From the IMG/VR virus record IMGVR_UViG_3300010263_000121: DNA of 52,921 nucleotides. The stretch is one strand, 5' to 3'. The DNA comes from a virus. The first letter of the stretch is position 1. Every line of letters begins with the position of its first letter. The position numbers were made by a program, and so were the translations under genes. Shown here in pieces: positions 8,916 to 16,533 of the stretch. The notes below the pieces were generated by a model. That model saw nothing but the letters and a program-made list of their open reading frames with translations. It ran no database searches and was not told where the DNA came from.

Positions 8916-9284
8916 ACTCAACAAATGGATGCGGCTGGTGCAAAAAGGCACCAGTTAGCATGCGCCTTAGATAGGCGCACTCTTAGGCACGAGAAAAATC
9001 ACCTATCTGTCTGCCCTCGGTCAAAGGCTGAACTGATGATTTTTCTCGTCCGGCACGTGCGGTCTTAAGCTGCCCCCAAAACAGACTTAAGACCGCATCC
9101 TCTTATATCCCGCTTTCCGTAAGCCGAAGATCATAAAAGGGGATCTCCCTGAAAGCAAAATCCCCTAGTCCCAGCCTATCGCAACCTGCTATTTGCTTGT
9201 ACGGAATATGGTTTGTTTCTCAGGAATCAATAGGGATGATTTCTCGTAACCGGTTGTTTTTTCCTGCCACTTTGTTCGGTTTAA

Positions 9285-9480
9285 TTCCTTGACATACTCC
9301 CCATGGTTAAAACCAGGGGATTCTGGTATCAAACAAAACCAGCCTACTTATATAGGTCTTACAGTTTCTATCCCAAGAGTTGATGCCCCAACTCTATGAA
9401 TATTAGTCGCTGCATTTAGGTCTCTATCGTGCAAGATGCCACAATTCGGACATGTCCATTTTCTATCCCCGAGTGTTAGC
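9285..9480 (-). ncRNA. Predicted omega (right-end) RNA scaffold of TnpB; extent is a guess
   Basis: Inferred by analogy with ISDra2-type elements, where the guide RNA overlaps the tnpB 3' end and the right-end hairpin. Only the hairpin at 9299-9319 is directly visible. Confidence 0.3.
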
Positions 9481-10463
9481 TCTTCGTAGACAAACTCACA
9501 GGCAGAGCATGTTTTGCTTGAAGGATAGAATCTGGGTATTTCAATAACGGTTGAACCTGTTTTCGAGCATTGGTATTTGAGGATATTGACAAAGCTGCTA
9601 TGGCTTAAATCAGATATTTTTCTGCCCCATAGTTTTTGCATAGCCTTAATATTCAAGTCTTCGATACAAATTGTTGCATATTCGCCAGCTAGTTTTAATG
9701 CTAACTTGAAGTGGAAATCCCGCCTTTTGTCAGCTAAGCGCTTGTGAGCCTTTGCCAATTGCCTCTTTGCTTGCTTATAGTGATTGGAACCCTTTTGTTT
9801 TTTGGAAAGTTCTCGATTTAGTTTCGCAATCTGCCTCTGACTCTGCTTAAAAAACTCAGGAGATACAATATTCTTGCCATCTGATGCCGTGAGAAACATT
9901 TTTAAACCAAAATCATACCCGACGCTTTTACCTGTTCGTGGTAGAATTTCGTTGTTTGATGTCTCACAAACGACATAGATATACAAGTCCCCTAATGAGT
10001 CTCGCTTGACTGTTACAGTTTTTACTTTCCCTTCAATTTCACGGGACTTGTGGTATTTATAGGTTCTACCTCCAATTTTAATTCGGTTGTCTGAATACAG
10101 CTTATACCCAGCTTGCTTAAGAGTGAAGGATTTATACTTCTTCACCTTCTTAAAGGACGGTGGTGATGATTTAATCCCATGCTCCCGATTACGGAAAAAC
10201 AATTTGTATCCCTTATCTATGCGTTGGGCAATATCTTGAATAGCTTGCGAGCCAAGGGAGTTCCAATCCGAGTATTTTGGGAGTTTCTTAAGTTTAGTCA
10301 AGTGCTTCATCAACGCATAAACATTAAGACTCTTACCGTATAGTCGATAATATCGCTTGTGCAAGGCAATGCAATGGTTGTAGATTATCCCAGCAATATT
10401 GATTTGTCGCTCTAAATATCTATTCCGCTTGTGCTGATATAACTTGAATTTGTAGGTCTTCAT
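9348..10463 (-). CDS. tnpB: TnpB RNA-guided endonuclease (IS605 OrfB family)
   Basis: 371 aa. RuvC triad contexts GYDFGLK, CIEDLNIK and HDRDLNAATNI, a zinc finger CSACEF...CPNCG, and the typical N-terminus MKTYKFKLY. Confidence 0.9.
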   Translation of the reverse strand: MKTYKFKLYQHKRNRYLERQINIAGIIYNHCIALHKRYYRLYGKSLNVYALMKHLTKLKKLPKYSDWNSLGSQAIQDIAQRIDKGYKLFFRNREHGIKSSPPSFKKVKKYKSFTLKQAGYKLYSDNRIKIGGRTYKYHKSREIEGKVKTVTVKRDSLGDLYIYVVCETSNNEILPRTGKSVGYDFGLKMFLTASDGKNIVSPEFFKQSQRQIAKLNRELSKKQKGSNHYKQAKRQLAKAHKRLADKRRDFHFKLALKLAGEYATICIEDLNIKAMQKLWGRKISDLSHSSFVNILKYQCSKTGSTVIEIPRFYPSSKTCSACEFVYEELTLGDRKWTCPNCGILHDRDLNAATNIHRVGASTLGIETVRPI

Positions 10464-10947
10464 TGCCCTGCACCTCCTTAAACGCCCTTTTGTTTTTCAA
10501 TATACTGCTTTATTGCTGACAACGGAGAACCGCCTACAGTTGAAACAAAATAACTATTTCACGAATAAACAATATCCTTATTGGTTTTATATTCCATGTC
10601 CGCATTATACAGGTTTAACCTACATAATATCAAGCAAATATTCGGCTTATATCCCCACGCCTAAAGTCGGGGGCTTTACGCCGATTTCGGGGTAAGCCCG
10701 TACTTCGACCGTTCTTCTTCTCCCATGCTGGCAAGATGATTGGCCAATATCTTTTCAAAAATCTCTTTCTGCTGCTCTGTTAGGTTTCCCACAAGTTTTC
10801 TCCGATCCATCTATAATCTGAATCTTTCGGTGCCGATTCGTTTAGGAGCCTCATACGGCTCTAATTTCCCCAAGACAGGTAAAATATCAGGTAGATACCT
10901 TTTCTCCTGTCCTGGCTTGTCCCTGGGCTTCTGGATGCAATTTAAGC

Positions 10948-12216
10948 CTAACCTTGCATCCTCTCCCATTTCTCCCATTGCTCAGTCAAGGTATGGCGAA
11001 GAAGAAGCTCATGCTCTTTGAGCATATCCCGTACTTCCTCATCACGATAAATTTTGATCTCCCGAATTTTTTCCTCATAAGCACGTAAACGTCTTTTGAG
11101 TTCTGAATCCACATCATCAAAGGGCTTTTCAACAACCTTCTCCGCTCGTACCATTTCAGTCTCTTGGCCAAATAAGCTGCTAAAGTTATGTCCTCTGTCC
11201 TCATAAGTGAAATCATCACGCGTAAACTTGCCTAAATCATTCCTGCTTGTCCAATTATCACGATTCAAAAAGTGCTCATAACCTTTACGCTCCAAGAATT
11301 CAACCAGACGATATTTGTGCTTAGCTCTATAGCTTTTGAATAAATCCGCATAGTTCAGGATTGCCATAAATAGATCTTCAGCAGAAAAATCAGTTAAAGC
11401 CTCATTCCAGGCATCGATGATCCTCTGCTTTGTCCTATCCCCTAAACGATAGTGAGGGTTAACCTCTTGATTATTCCAGAATGAAATCAGATCATCAGCC
11501 GTTAACTTCTTAGTTAGCAAAGCTGAATAATCACGCTTGGCTTTCTTTTCCTTCTCTCGCTTAAGTTGTTCTTGATAGGCCTTCATAGCAATAGATGCAA
11601 AATCATCCTCTGGTTCTTCTTCTGTCTTTAAATCAAAAGAGGATTCTCTCTCCACCAATTCGTCAGAATTGGTTTCTCTTTCTTCTTCACTTGTAGCTGC
11701 TATCTCTGAAATGGGTGAGAGATCATTATTGTTTTGATCATTATTACTAAGATCAATATTATTAGTGTCGGGTTTTCCAGATACGGGTTTACCAGTTACG
11801 GAAAACCCGTTTCTGGGTTCTAGCTGGGATTTCGTATTTTCCCCCCTCTTTTTATCCAGTAACGGATTTTCCGTTTCTGGCTTTACGCTGGCTTTTTGCA
11901 GAAGTCTCTCCTGCGGCACTTCATAGACGATTGTTTCCTGATGAGAAAATTGTCCAGTCTCGGGATCCCTGATTTTTATCCGTTCTATGTAACCCTTCTG
12001 CTCTAGTTCTTTCAGAATAGAGTTCACTGAATCACGACCATTGGTTGCTCGTTTGACCAAATCAGCCACAATTACGGTCCAGTTATCAGGCTTACTAAGC
12101 AGGTAGGCCAATAATCCTTTTGCCTGCCAACTTAGATTATCATCATTAAGTGGTCTGTGGTCTATCATCACAAACGGATTTTCACGCTTACTGGTTCTGA
12201 CTATATTTTTACTCAC
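10948..12216 (-). CDS. rep: Plasmid/phage-type replication initiator (wHTH N-terminus), AT-rich paralog of 7937..8818
   Basis: 422 aa with a GTG start and a GAAAGGGG RBS. wHTH segment NSILKELEQKGYIERIKIRD and a PET/KPD-rich linker (GKPVSGKPDTNN). It lies next to the iteron array. Confidence 0.6.
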   Translation of the reverse strand: MSKNIVRTSKRENPFVMIDHRPLNDDNLSWQAKGLLAYLLSKPDNWTVIVADLVKRATNGRDSVNSILKELEQKGYIERIKIRDPETGQFSHQETIVYEVPQERLLQKASVKPETENPLLDKKRGENTKSQLEPRNGFSVTGKPVSGKPDTNNIDLSNNDQNNNDLSPISEIAATSEEERETNSDELVERESSFDLKTEEEPEDDFASIAMKAYQEQLKREKEKKAKRDYSALLTKKLTADDLISFWNNQEVNPHYRLGDRTKQRIIDAWNEALTDFSAEDLFMAILNYADLFKSYRAKHKYRLVEFLERKGYEHFLNRDNWTSRNDLGKFTRDDFTYEDRGHNFSSLFGQETEMVRAEKVVEKPFDDVDSELKRRLRAYEEKIREIKIYRDEEVRDMLKEHELLLRHTLTEQWEKWERMQG

Positions 12217-12303
12217 AAAAAAAGCCCCTTTCTACCGAAAGAGACCTCCCACACGAATAGCAAGATAACCCAATATCTTCCTTGTCCTTAAGTGACATAA
12301 AGG

Positions 12304-12333
12304 TTGACATGATGCCCATCCTCATGCTACTAT
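12304..12333 (+). promoter_or_regulatory. Near-consensus sigma-70-type promoter facing away from rep
   Basis: TTGACA (12304-12309), an 18-nt spacer, then TGcTACTAT (extended -10, 12325-12333). Confidence 0.5.
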
Positions 12334-12339
12334 AAAGCA

Positions 12340-12446
12340 AGAAAGATACTTTTCGTGAGGGCCTTACCCGTGTGCCTGCAAGCAGTTGGGGGAGGCCTCT
12401 TTCTTTTTCACGTTTTACTGAAGGGCCGCGAGGCCCTTCTTTTTTT
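12340..12446 (+). ncRNA. Candidate ~105-nt small RNA (possible rep countertranscript)
   Basis: The segment is bounded by the promoter at 12304-12333 and a strong plus-strand terminator at 12420-12446. No credible ORF lies within it. Confidence 0.35.
12420..12446 (+). terminator. Rho-independent terminator (plus strand)
   Basis: Stem gaagggcc / ggcccttc with loop gcga, followed by 7 T. Confidence 0.75.
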
Positions 12447-12544
12447 GTCTGATCGACCATCAACTTCTTTCGACATTGGGCCGCCATTACCTTCTTGAGA
12501 GCGTGCAAAATCCGCATGGCAAGCGCATTTCATGATATCAGGAA

Positions 12545-12671
12545 ATCAAGAAATCAATTTTGACAGCAAGACATCAAGAAATCAAGATTACAAGCAAACA
12601 ATATTTCAAGAAAACAATATTTCAAGAAAACAAGATGGCAAGAAATCAAGAGATCAAGAAAACAATATTTC
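12545..12671. repeat. Iteron-like repeat array (candidate replication origin)
   Basis: ATCAAGAAATCAA(G) occurs at 12545 and 12573, with a related CAAGAAATCAAGAGATCAAGAAA at about 12638. ACAATATTTCAAGAAA occurs twice in tandem at 12598-12629, with a third partial copy at 12661-12671. The array is AT-rich and non-coding. Confidence 0.7.
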
Positions 12672-12715
12672 TGGATAGTGCCGAGATTCACAAACATGGC
12701 CCTAATATGGCGTAA

Positions 12716-12748
12716 AGAAAGCCCGCCTTTTAGAATCGGCGGGCTGCC
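12716..12748 (-). terminator. Rho-independent terminator after the KAP NTPase gene
   Basis: Stem agcccgcc / ggcgggct. On the minus strand it is followed by TTTCTTT. Confidence 0.6.
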
Positions 12749-12826
12749 CCTTGGGTCATTTCATCCTAGAAAAACATAGTCGTCTGAAGCTGTTCATGCA
12801 AGTAAGTGCTTTCAACTAGTCAGAAG

Positions 12827-14662
12827 TCAAGGGGAAGAGGTCTTGTCTGCAGCCCGATTTCCTATGTCGTTCAGGAGCCTGATCAAGTCTTCAAAACGTT
12901 GCTTTCTCATCCTGTCGAGTTCATCGGAAGAAGCCACGAACTCTCTAAGATGATCCGCAATAGCTTTCATCGCCTCTCCCTCTTGGCATGTAGCACAACC
13001 ATTGAGTTTTACCGTCAAAATATACTCCATCCTCCATATTGCTCGATTATTGAAGTCAAAGAGCTTGCGGAAGAGTTCGTGTTCCCGCAGAGTAGAGAAC
13101 AATTGGCGTAGGTTTACATGGCGGATGGCCGTCCAGAAGGCCTCTTCGTCATCGCTCATCATGGTTTCCAACAGATGCTCTATCTTAGCCACAGCATTGC
13201 GAACTTCAGCCTCTTGCTTTAGCTCTCTTATCTTCTCGACCAATTGGCTGTATCCATCATCTTCCGCTGAGTTAGCCGACAAGGCACCTTCATCTAGTTC
13301 GAGAATATTGCTTGTTCGCTCAGCAGCCGCATCAACGCCTCTTTCGATAGTACCAAAAAAGTCTTCCGGAAGATTATCGATATACCGGCGTTCAGCGATC
13401 TCTTTCATCACCTTATATATTGATGGGTATAACCTAAGCTCATACAATCCGGCTGAAGCATATTCCAATACTTGTGATACCGCAGTCTCTAGAGTGTGTT
13501 GCTCAAGTTCCTTAAACCGCCACAGTTTCTCGAGCGACGTAGCATACTCAGGAGGGGATTCACGCTGGCTTTCTTCCAGTTCCGAGAGAAACTTCTGTCT
13601 GTTGAAGAGACCCTTGACTATTGAGTCGAAGACGCTATTGCAGTAATACCTACCCCATGAACTATCTATACCGTACTTCTCGCAGATCTCAACAATACGT
13701 GACTTATGCGGTCGCTTGTTCGGCTTCGAAAGAGCGTTATGAACCGACCATTTAAGCCACGCGCCATATGGGTCTTTGATCTCGTTTTCGTCTTCGACAG
13801 TAAGGCCACCACCGGAAAACTCTATTGCCAGAACCAATGAAATAGCCAGCAAGTATCTTAGGCGTTCTCTATACCTTGACTCATTACCTATGCATTGAAA
13901 GATGTTTCGAAAACACTCCAGCGCCAGCCCGAGATACCTAAGATTCGTTTGGCCACTCTTTGTGTAGATTCCGACTAACATATCAATATGCTCTTGCACA
14001 AACGTCATTAGCTCAGGCTTGTTGCTGCAGTGATCCGAAACGATGCTCTCAACCACTTGCCTTAGATCTGGCGAGAAAGAGACTATCCTCCGAATGACTT
14101 TTTCACGCATGCGCAAATAATTCGTTTGCCACTTGCTTTGCACTTCTTCTTCGTTTGCGATAAACACGACCTTTGCCCCATCTGGGTCAATGAACAGAGA
14201 ATAGATGGTCCCAAGCAGTTCGTTAATGTCAACCGATTCTGGCATTCGTTCCAAGTCGTCCACAAACAACGCATTGCGCGACCAATTTAGCTCTTCCAGC
14301 GTCTTCTGCTTGAAGAATCCCCCTGCTCTACCAGCGGCTTTCAACATCTTCTCTGCGCGAGGAATAGCCCCGATAAGCTCGATGACTGGCTCAATGAACG
14401 CGGGGCCCAACCACTGCTGACCTGCGAAGAGCTTACTATACAAGATCTGCCTAGTCACAGTGTTAATATCCTGTATCCCGTACAAAGAGATGTAAATAGG
14501 GGTCAATCCAAGTTCTTTTGCTAGGGGAATCATTGAATTGCGAACAAAATAAGTCTTTCCAGAACCCCACCGTCCATTCAGCAAAACCGCATAATCAGTC
14601 TTTGGGGTTTCTAGATATTGCCTCAAGGTCTCTTCGCATATCATGCAAATCCACCTCGCCAT
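12827..14662 (-). CDS. KAP-family P-loop NTPase
   Basis: 611 aa. Walker A GRWGSGKT (the KAP-type GxWGxGK[ST] signature), Walker B LFVDDLER, and a long helical C-terminal region. Confidence 0.7.
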   Translation of the reverse strand: MARWICMICEETLRQYLETPKTDYAVLLNGRWGSGKTYFVRNSMIPLAKELGLTPIYISLYGIQDINTVTRQILYSKLFAGQQWLGPAFIEPVIELIGAIPRAEKMLKAAGRAGGFFKQKTLEELNWSRNALFVDDLERMPESVDINELLGTIYSLFIDPDGAKVVFIANEEEVQSKWQTNYLRMREKVIRRIVSFSPDLRQVVESIVSDHCSNKPELMTFVQEHIDMLVGIYTKSGQTNLRYLGLALECFRNIFQCIGNESRYRERLRYLLAISLVLAIEFSGGGLTVEDENEIKDPYGAWLKWSVHNALSKPNKRPHKSRIVEICEKYGIDSSWGRYYCNSVFDSIVKGLFNRQKFLSELEESQRESPPEYATSLEKLWRFKELEQHTLETAVSQVLEYASAGLYELRLYPSIYKVMKEIAERRYIDNLPEDFFGTIERGVDAAAERTSNILELDEGALSANSAEDDGYSQLVEKIRELKQEAEVRNAVAKIEHLLETMMSDDEEAFWTAIRHVNLRQLFSTLREHELFRKLFDFNNRAIWRMEYILTVKLNGCATCQEGEAMKAIADHLREFVASSDELDRMRKQRFEDLIRLLNDIGNRAADKTSSP

Positions 14663-14731
14663 CAGTTGGATAGAGTCTGAGTACTAGGTTCATCATCTTA
14701 ACCCCAGAAGATGGAGCCGGGAGGATGCTTT

Positions 14732-15415
14732 CTATCTCTTCCATCCGTCTATATCGAGATAAGCAAAAAGCATCGAACACAACCTAAGTAAGACTTCTGC
14801 TGATTCTGAGCTGTCTTTAAGGGCAGAAACCATCTCGGTGAAGGATTCTTCATCCCGAAATCGGCTGAACACTGCGTGGAAGAACCAAATGGCGACATTC
14901 CAAAACTCGCCTTCGCGAATTCTCTTGGCTCGGGAGACATCCTCGAGGTAGGACATCATTTCCCTCATAGCAAGATAGGTCCGCTCGGCCACTGTATGGG
15001 TAACCATACCGCGCGCGTAGTAACTCGAGAGTGTCTTGAGCTCCTGAACCATACTCCGGACATCTAGATCGGGGGAGGGAATCTCCCTTGATGAACCGGT
15101 CTTCCGCAGCTCTTCATTTTCTGCCTGAAGTGCCGCGAGCTGCTCACTCAACCTGTCGATATCAGCCCGGAAACCGCTGTTCTCCTGCTCAAGCTGCTCA
15201 AGCTGGGAAAGAAGCTCAGCCTTCTCTTTGGTTAGCTCCTGGATCTTCTGGTTTTTCTTCTCGATCTCCACCATAAGCACGGCCTTTCCGGCATCCACAG
15301 GTTCAGCGCTGGGCTGATTCTCTGGTATGAGCCCCAACTCACTCAATCCCTCGTTGATCTGCTGTGAGTCTTTAATCAAGCGGGCGGCCAGTCCTTCGCG
15401 CTTCGCTGCACTCAC
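14732..15415 (-). CDS. Coiled-coil protein translationally coupled to ParA (partition adaptor or system component)
   Basis: 227 aa. A heptad-rich central part (IQELTKEKAELLSQLEQLEQENSGFRADIDRLSEQLAALQAENEELRK). The GTG start directly abuts the ParA stop codon. Confidence 0.4.
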   Translation of the reverse strand: MSAAKREGLAARLIKDSQQINEGLSELGLIPENQPSAEPVDAGKAVLMVEIEKKNQKIQELTKEKAELLSQLEQLEQENSGFRADIDRLSEQLAALQAENEELRKTGSSREIPSPDLDVRSMVQELKTLSSYYARGMVTHTVAERTYLAMREMMSYLEDVSRAKRIREGEFWNVAIWFFHAVFSRFRDEESFTEMVSALKDSSESAEVLLRLCSMLFAYLDIDGWKR

Positions 15416-16402
15416 TTAGACCGCCTCCGTTTCAACCGCCAAACCGAGGAGCTCCTTGGCGAGATCCATGAACTGCTTTGCAGCCTCACTGTTGGGATCG
15501 TACGCGCCGATCGGCTTATCATCAAACTGCGCTTCGCTTACCGCATTGAGCTTCTTGATGACGGTCTTCGCGAACGGATACTGGATCACTTCTGGGATGG
15601 TATTTATGAACTCTTTCGTGGTATTGGTGCGGTAGTCGGCCATGGTTATCACGAAGCGGTTTATCGTCAGGCGCTTGTTGATCTGGCGTACTGAACCAAT
15701 AGTCTTGAGGAGCAGCTTAACTCCTTCCAGGGAGAACTTGCTGACCGCGATGGGGATGAGGCAGGAATCCGCCGCCACCAGAGCGTTGATCGTAAGTAGG
15801 CCAAGCGAAGGAGGGCAGTCGATGAAAATATAGTCGTACTTAGCGAGATGGTCCTGTGATGCGAGCAGCGAGTTAAAGAGCACAGACTCCCGGCTCATCC
15901 GCATGATGAGCTCCACCTCCGCTTCGCTAAGCGCAATCGTGGCCGGCACTACACCGAATCCGAATTTGCTGTCCACAATCGCTTCGTGGATAGGAAACCC
16001 ATCGATCAAGACTTCCGTCATGGTTGCCGTAGCGATGGCTTCGGCGTTGATGCCAACACCCGTGGATGAGTTCGACTGCGGATCCATATCTAGCAGCAGT
16101 ACTTTCTTGCCGAGCTTCCCAAGAGCTTCGCTTAAGTTGATAGATAGCGTTGACTTGCCGACGCCACCCTTCTGGTTCACGATCGCTATAATCTCCGGGA
16201 GCTTCGATCCCTCGGTCGATTCGTTGCTCAGGGTATGTAAGTAAGCGTTGGCATCTTCGACCCGCACCCGCCATTGAGCCCCTACCTTAGTCGCCGGTAT
16301 AGTTCCGTTCGTTATCAGCTTATGGGCCGTATTGTAGTGAACCCGCAGGTATTTCGCTAAGGCAGCAACGCCGATGAGGTACTCTTCGTTTCCCATGGCC
16401 AC
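15416..16402 (-). CDS. parA: ParA/Soj-family ATPase with N-terminal excisionase/MerR-type HTH (type-Ia-like)
   Basis: Deviant Walker A NQKGGVGKST. The N-terminal HTH is LAKYLRVHYNTAHKLITNGTIPATKVGAQWRV. A likelier start is ATG 16396, with GAGGTG 5 nt upstream. Confidence 0.85.
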   Translation of the reverse strand: MAMGNEEYLIGVAALAKYLRVHYNTAHKLITNGTIPATKVGAQWRVRVEDANAYLHTLSNESTEGSKLPEIIAIVNQKGGVGKSTLSINLSEALGKLGKKVLLLDMDPQSNSSTGVGINAEAIATATMTEVLIDGFPIHEAIVDSKFGFGVVPATIALSEAEVELIMRMSRESVLFNSLLASQDHLAKYDYIFIDCPPSLGLLTINALVAADSCLIPIAVSKFSLEGVKLLLKTIGSVRQINKRLTINRFVITMADYRTNTTKEFINTIPEVIQYPFAKTVIKKLNAVSEAQFDDKPIGAYDPNSEAAKQFMDLAKELLGLAVETEAV

Positions 16403-16404
16403 AC

Positions 16405-16440
16405 CTCACATTCACATTTCACATCCGTTCACACAATCAC
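16405..16440. promoter_or_regulatory. Cluster of (T/C)TCACA direct repeats immediately upstream of parA (operator or centromere-like candidate)
   Basis: CTCACA at 16405, and TTCACA at 16411, 16418 and 16428, plus AATCAC at 16435. On the minus strand these read as TGTGAA repeats. Confidence 0.4.
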
Positions 16441-16533
16441 TTCTAGACACAACTGGGAAGTCCTGCAAGCAAGAAGAAAAAAGATAGGAAGATGGCGATA
16501 GGTGAGTCGCAAATGTCGGCCTCAAGATCACAC

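Larger units (their letters stand above)
9285..10700 (-). mobile_element. IS200/IS605-family element carrying tnpB only (IS1341-like); boundaries approximate
   Basis: The TnpB ORF is flanked by two similar subterminal imperfect hairpins on the same strand: CCCCATGGTTAAAACCAGGGG (9299-9319) and CCCCACGCCTAAAGTCGGGGG (10653-10673). No Y1 tnpA ORF is seen. The element is visibly AT-richer than the phage backbone. Confidence 0.65.

Noticed and set aside
10513-10695. 60-aa plus-strand ORF upstream of tnpB
   Set aside because: It lies in the IS left-end region, is antisense to the element, has AT-rich odd composition, and overlaps the left-end hairpin.
10676-10810. 44-codon minus-strand ORF (MDRRKLVGNLTEQQKEIFEKILANHLASMGEEERSKYGLTPKSA) running into the IS left end
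   Set aside because: It has no Shine-Dalgarno sequence upstream, and its last codons are supplied by IS sequence. It may be a remnant of a gene disrupted by the insertion, but that cannot be supported from sequence alone.
12209-12517. 102-aa minus-strand ORF spanning the rep leader region
   Set aside because: It runs across a plus-strand promoter and terminator unit, is basic and low-complexity, and has no RBS. The region is better explained as an untranslated leader or antisense RNA locus.
12531-12690. Short tandem repeats that could at first glance be mistaken for a CRISPR array
   Set aside because: The repeat units are 13-17 bp, AT-rich, contiguous or nearly so, and lack spacers of uniform 25-40 bp. 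No cas genes are present. An iteron interpretation fits better.
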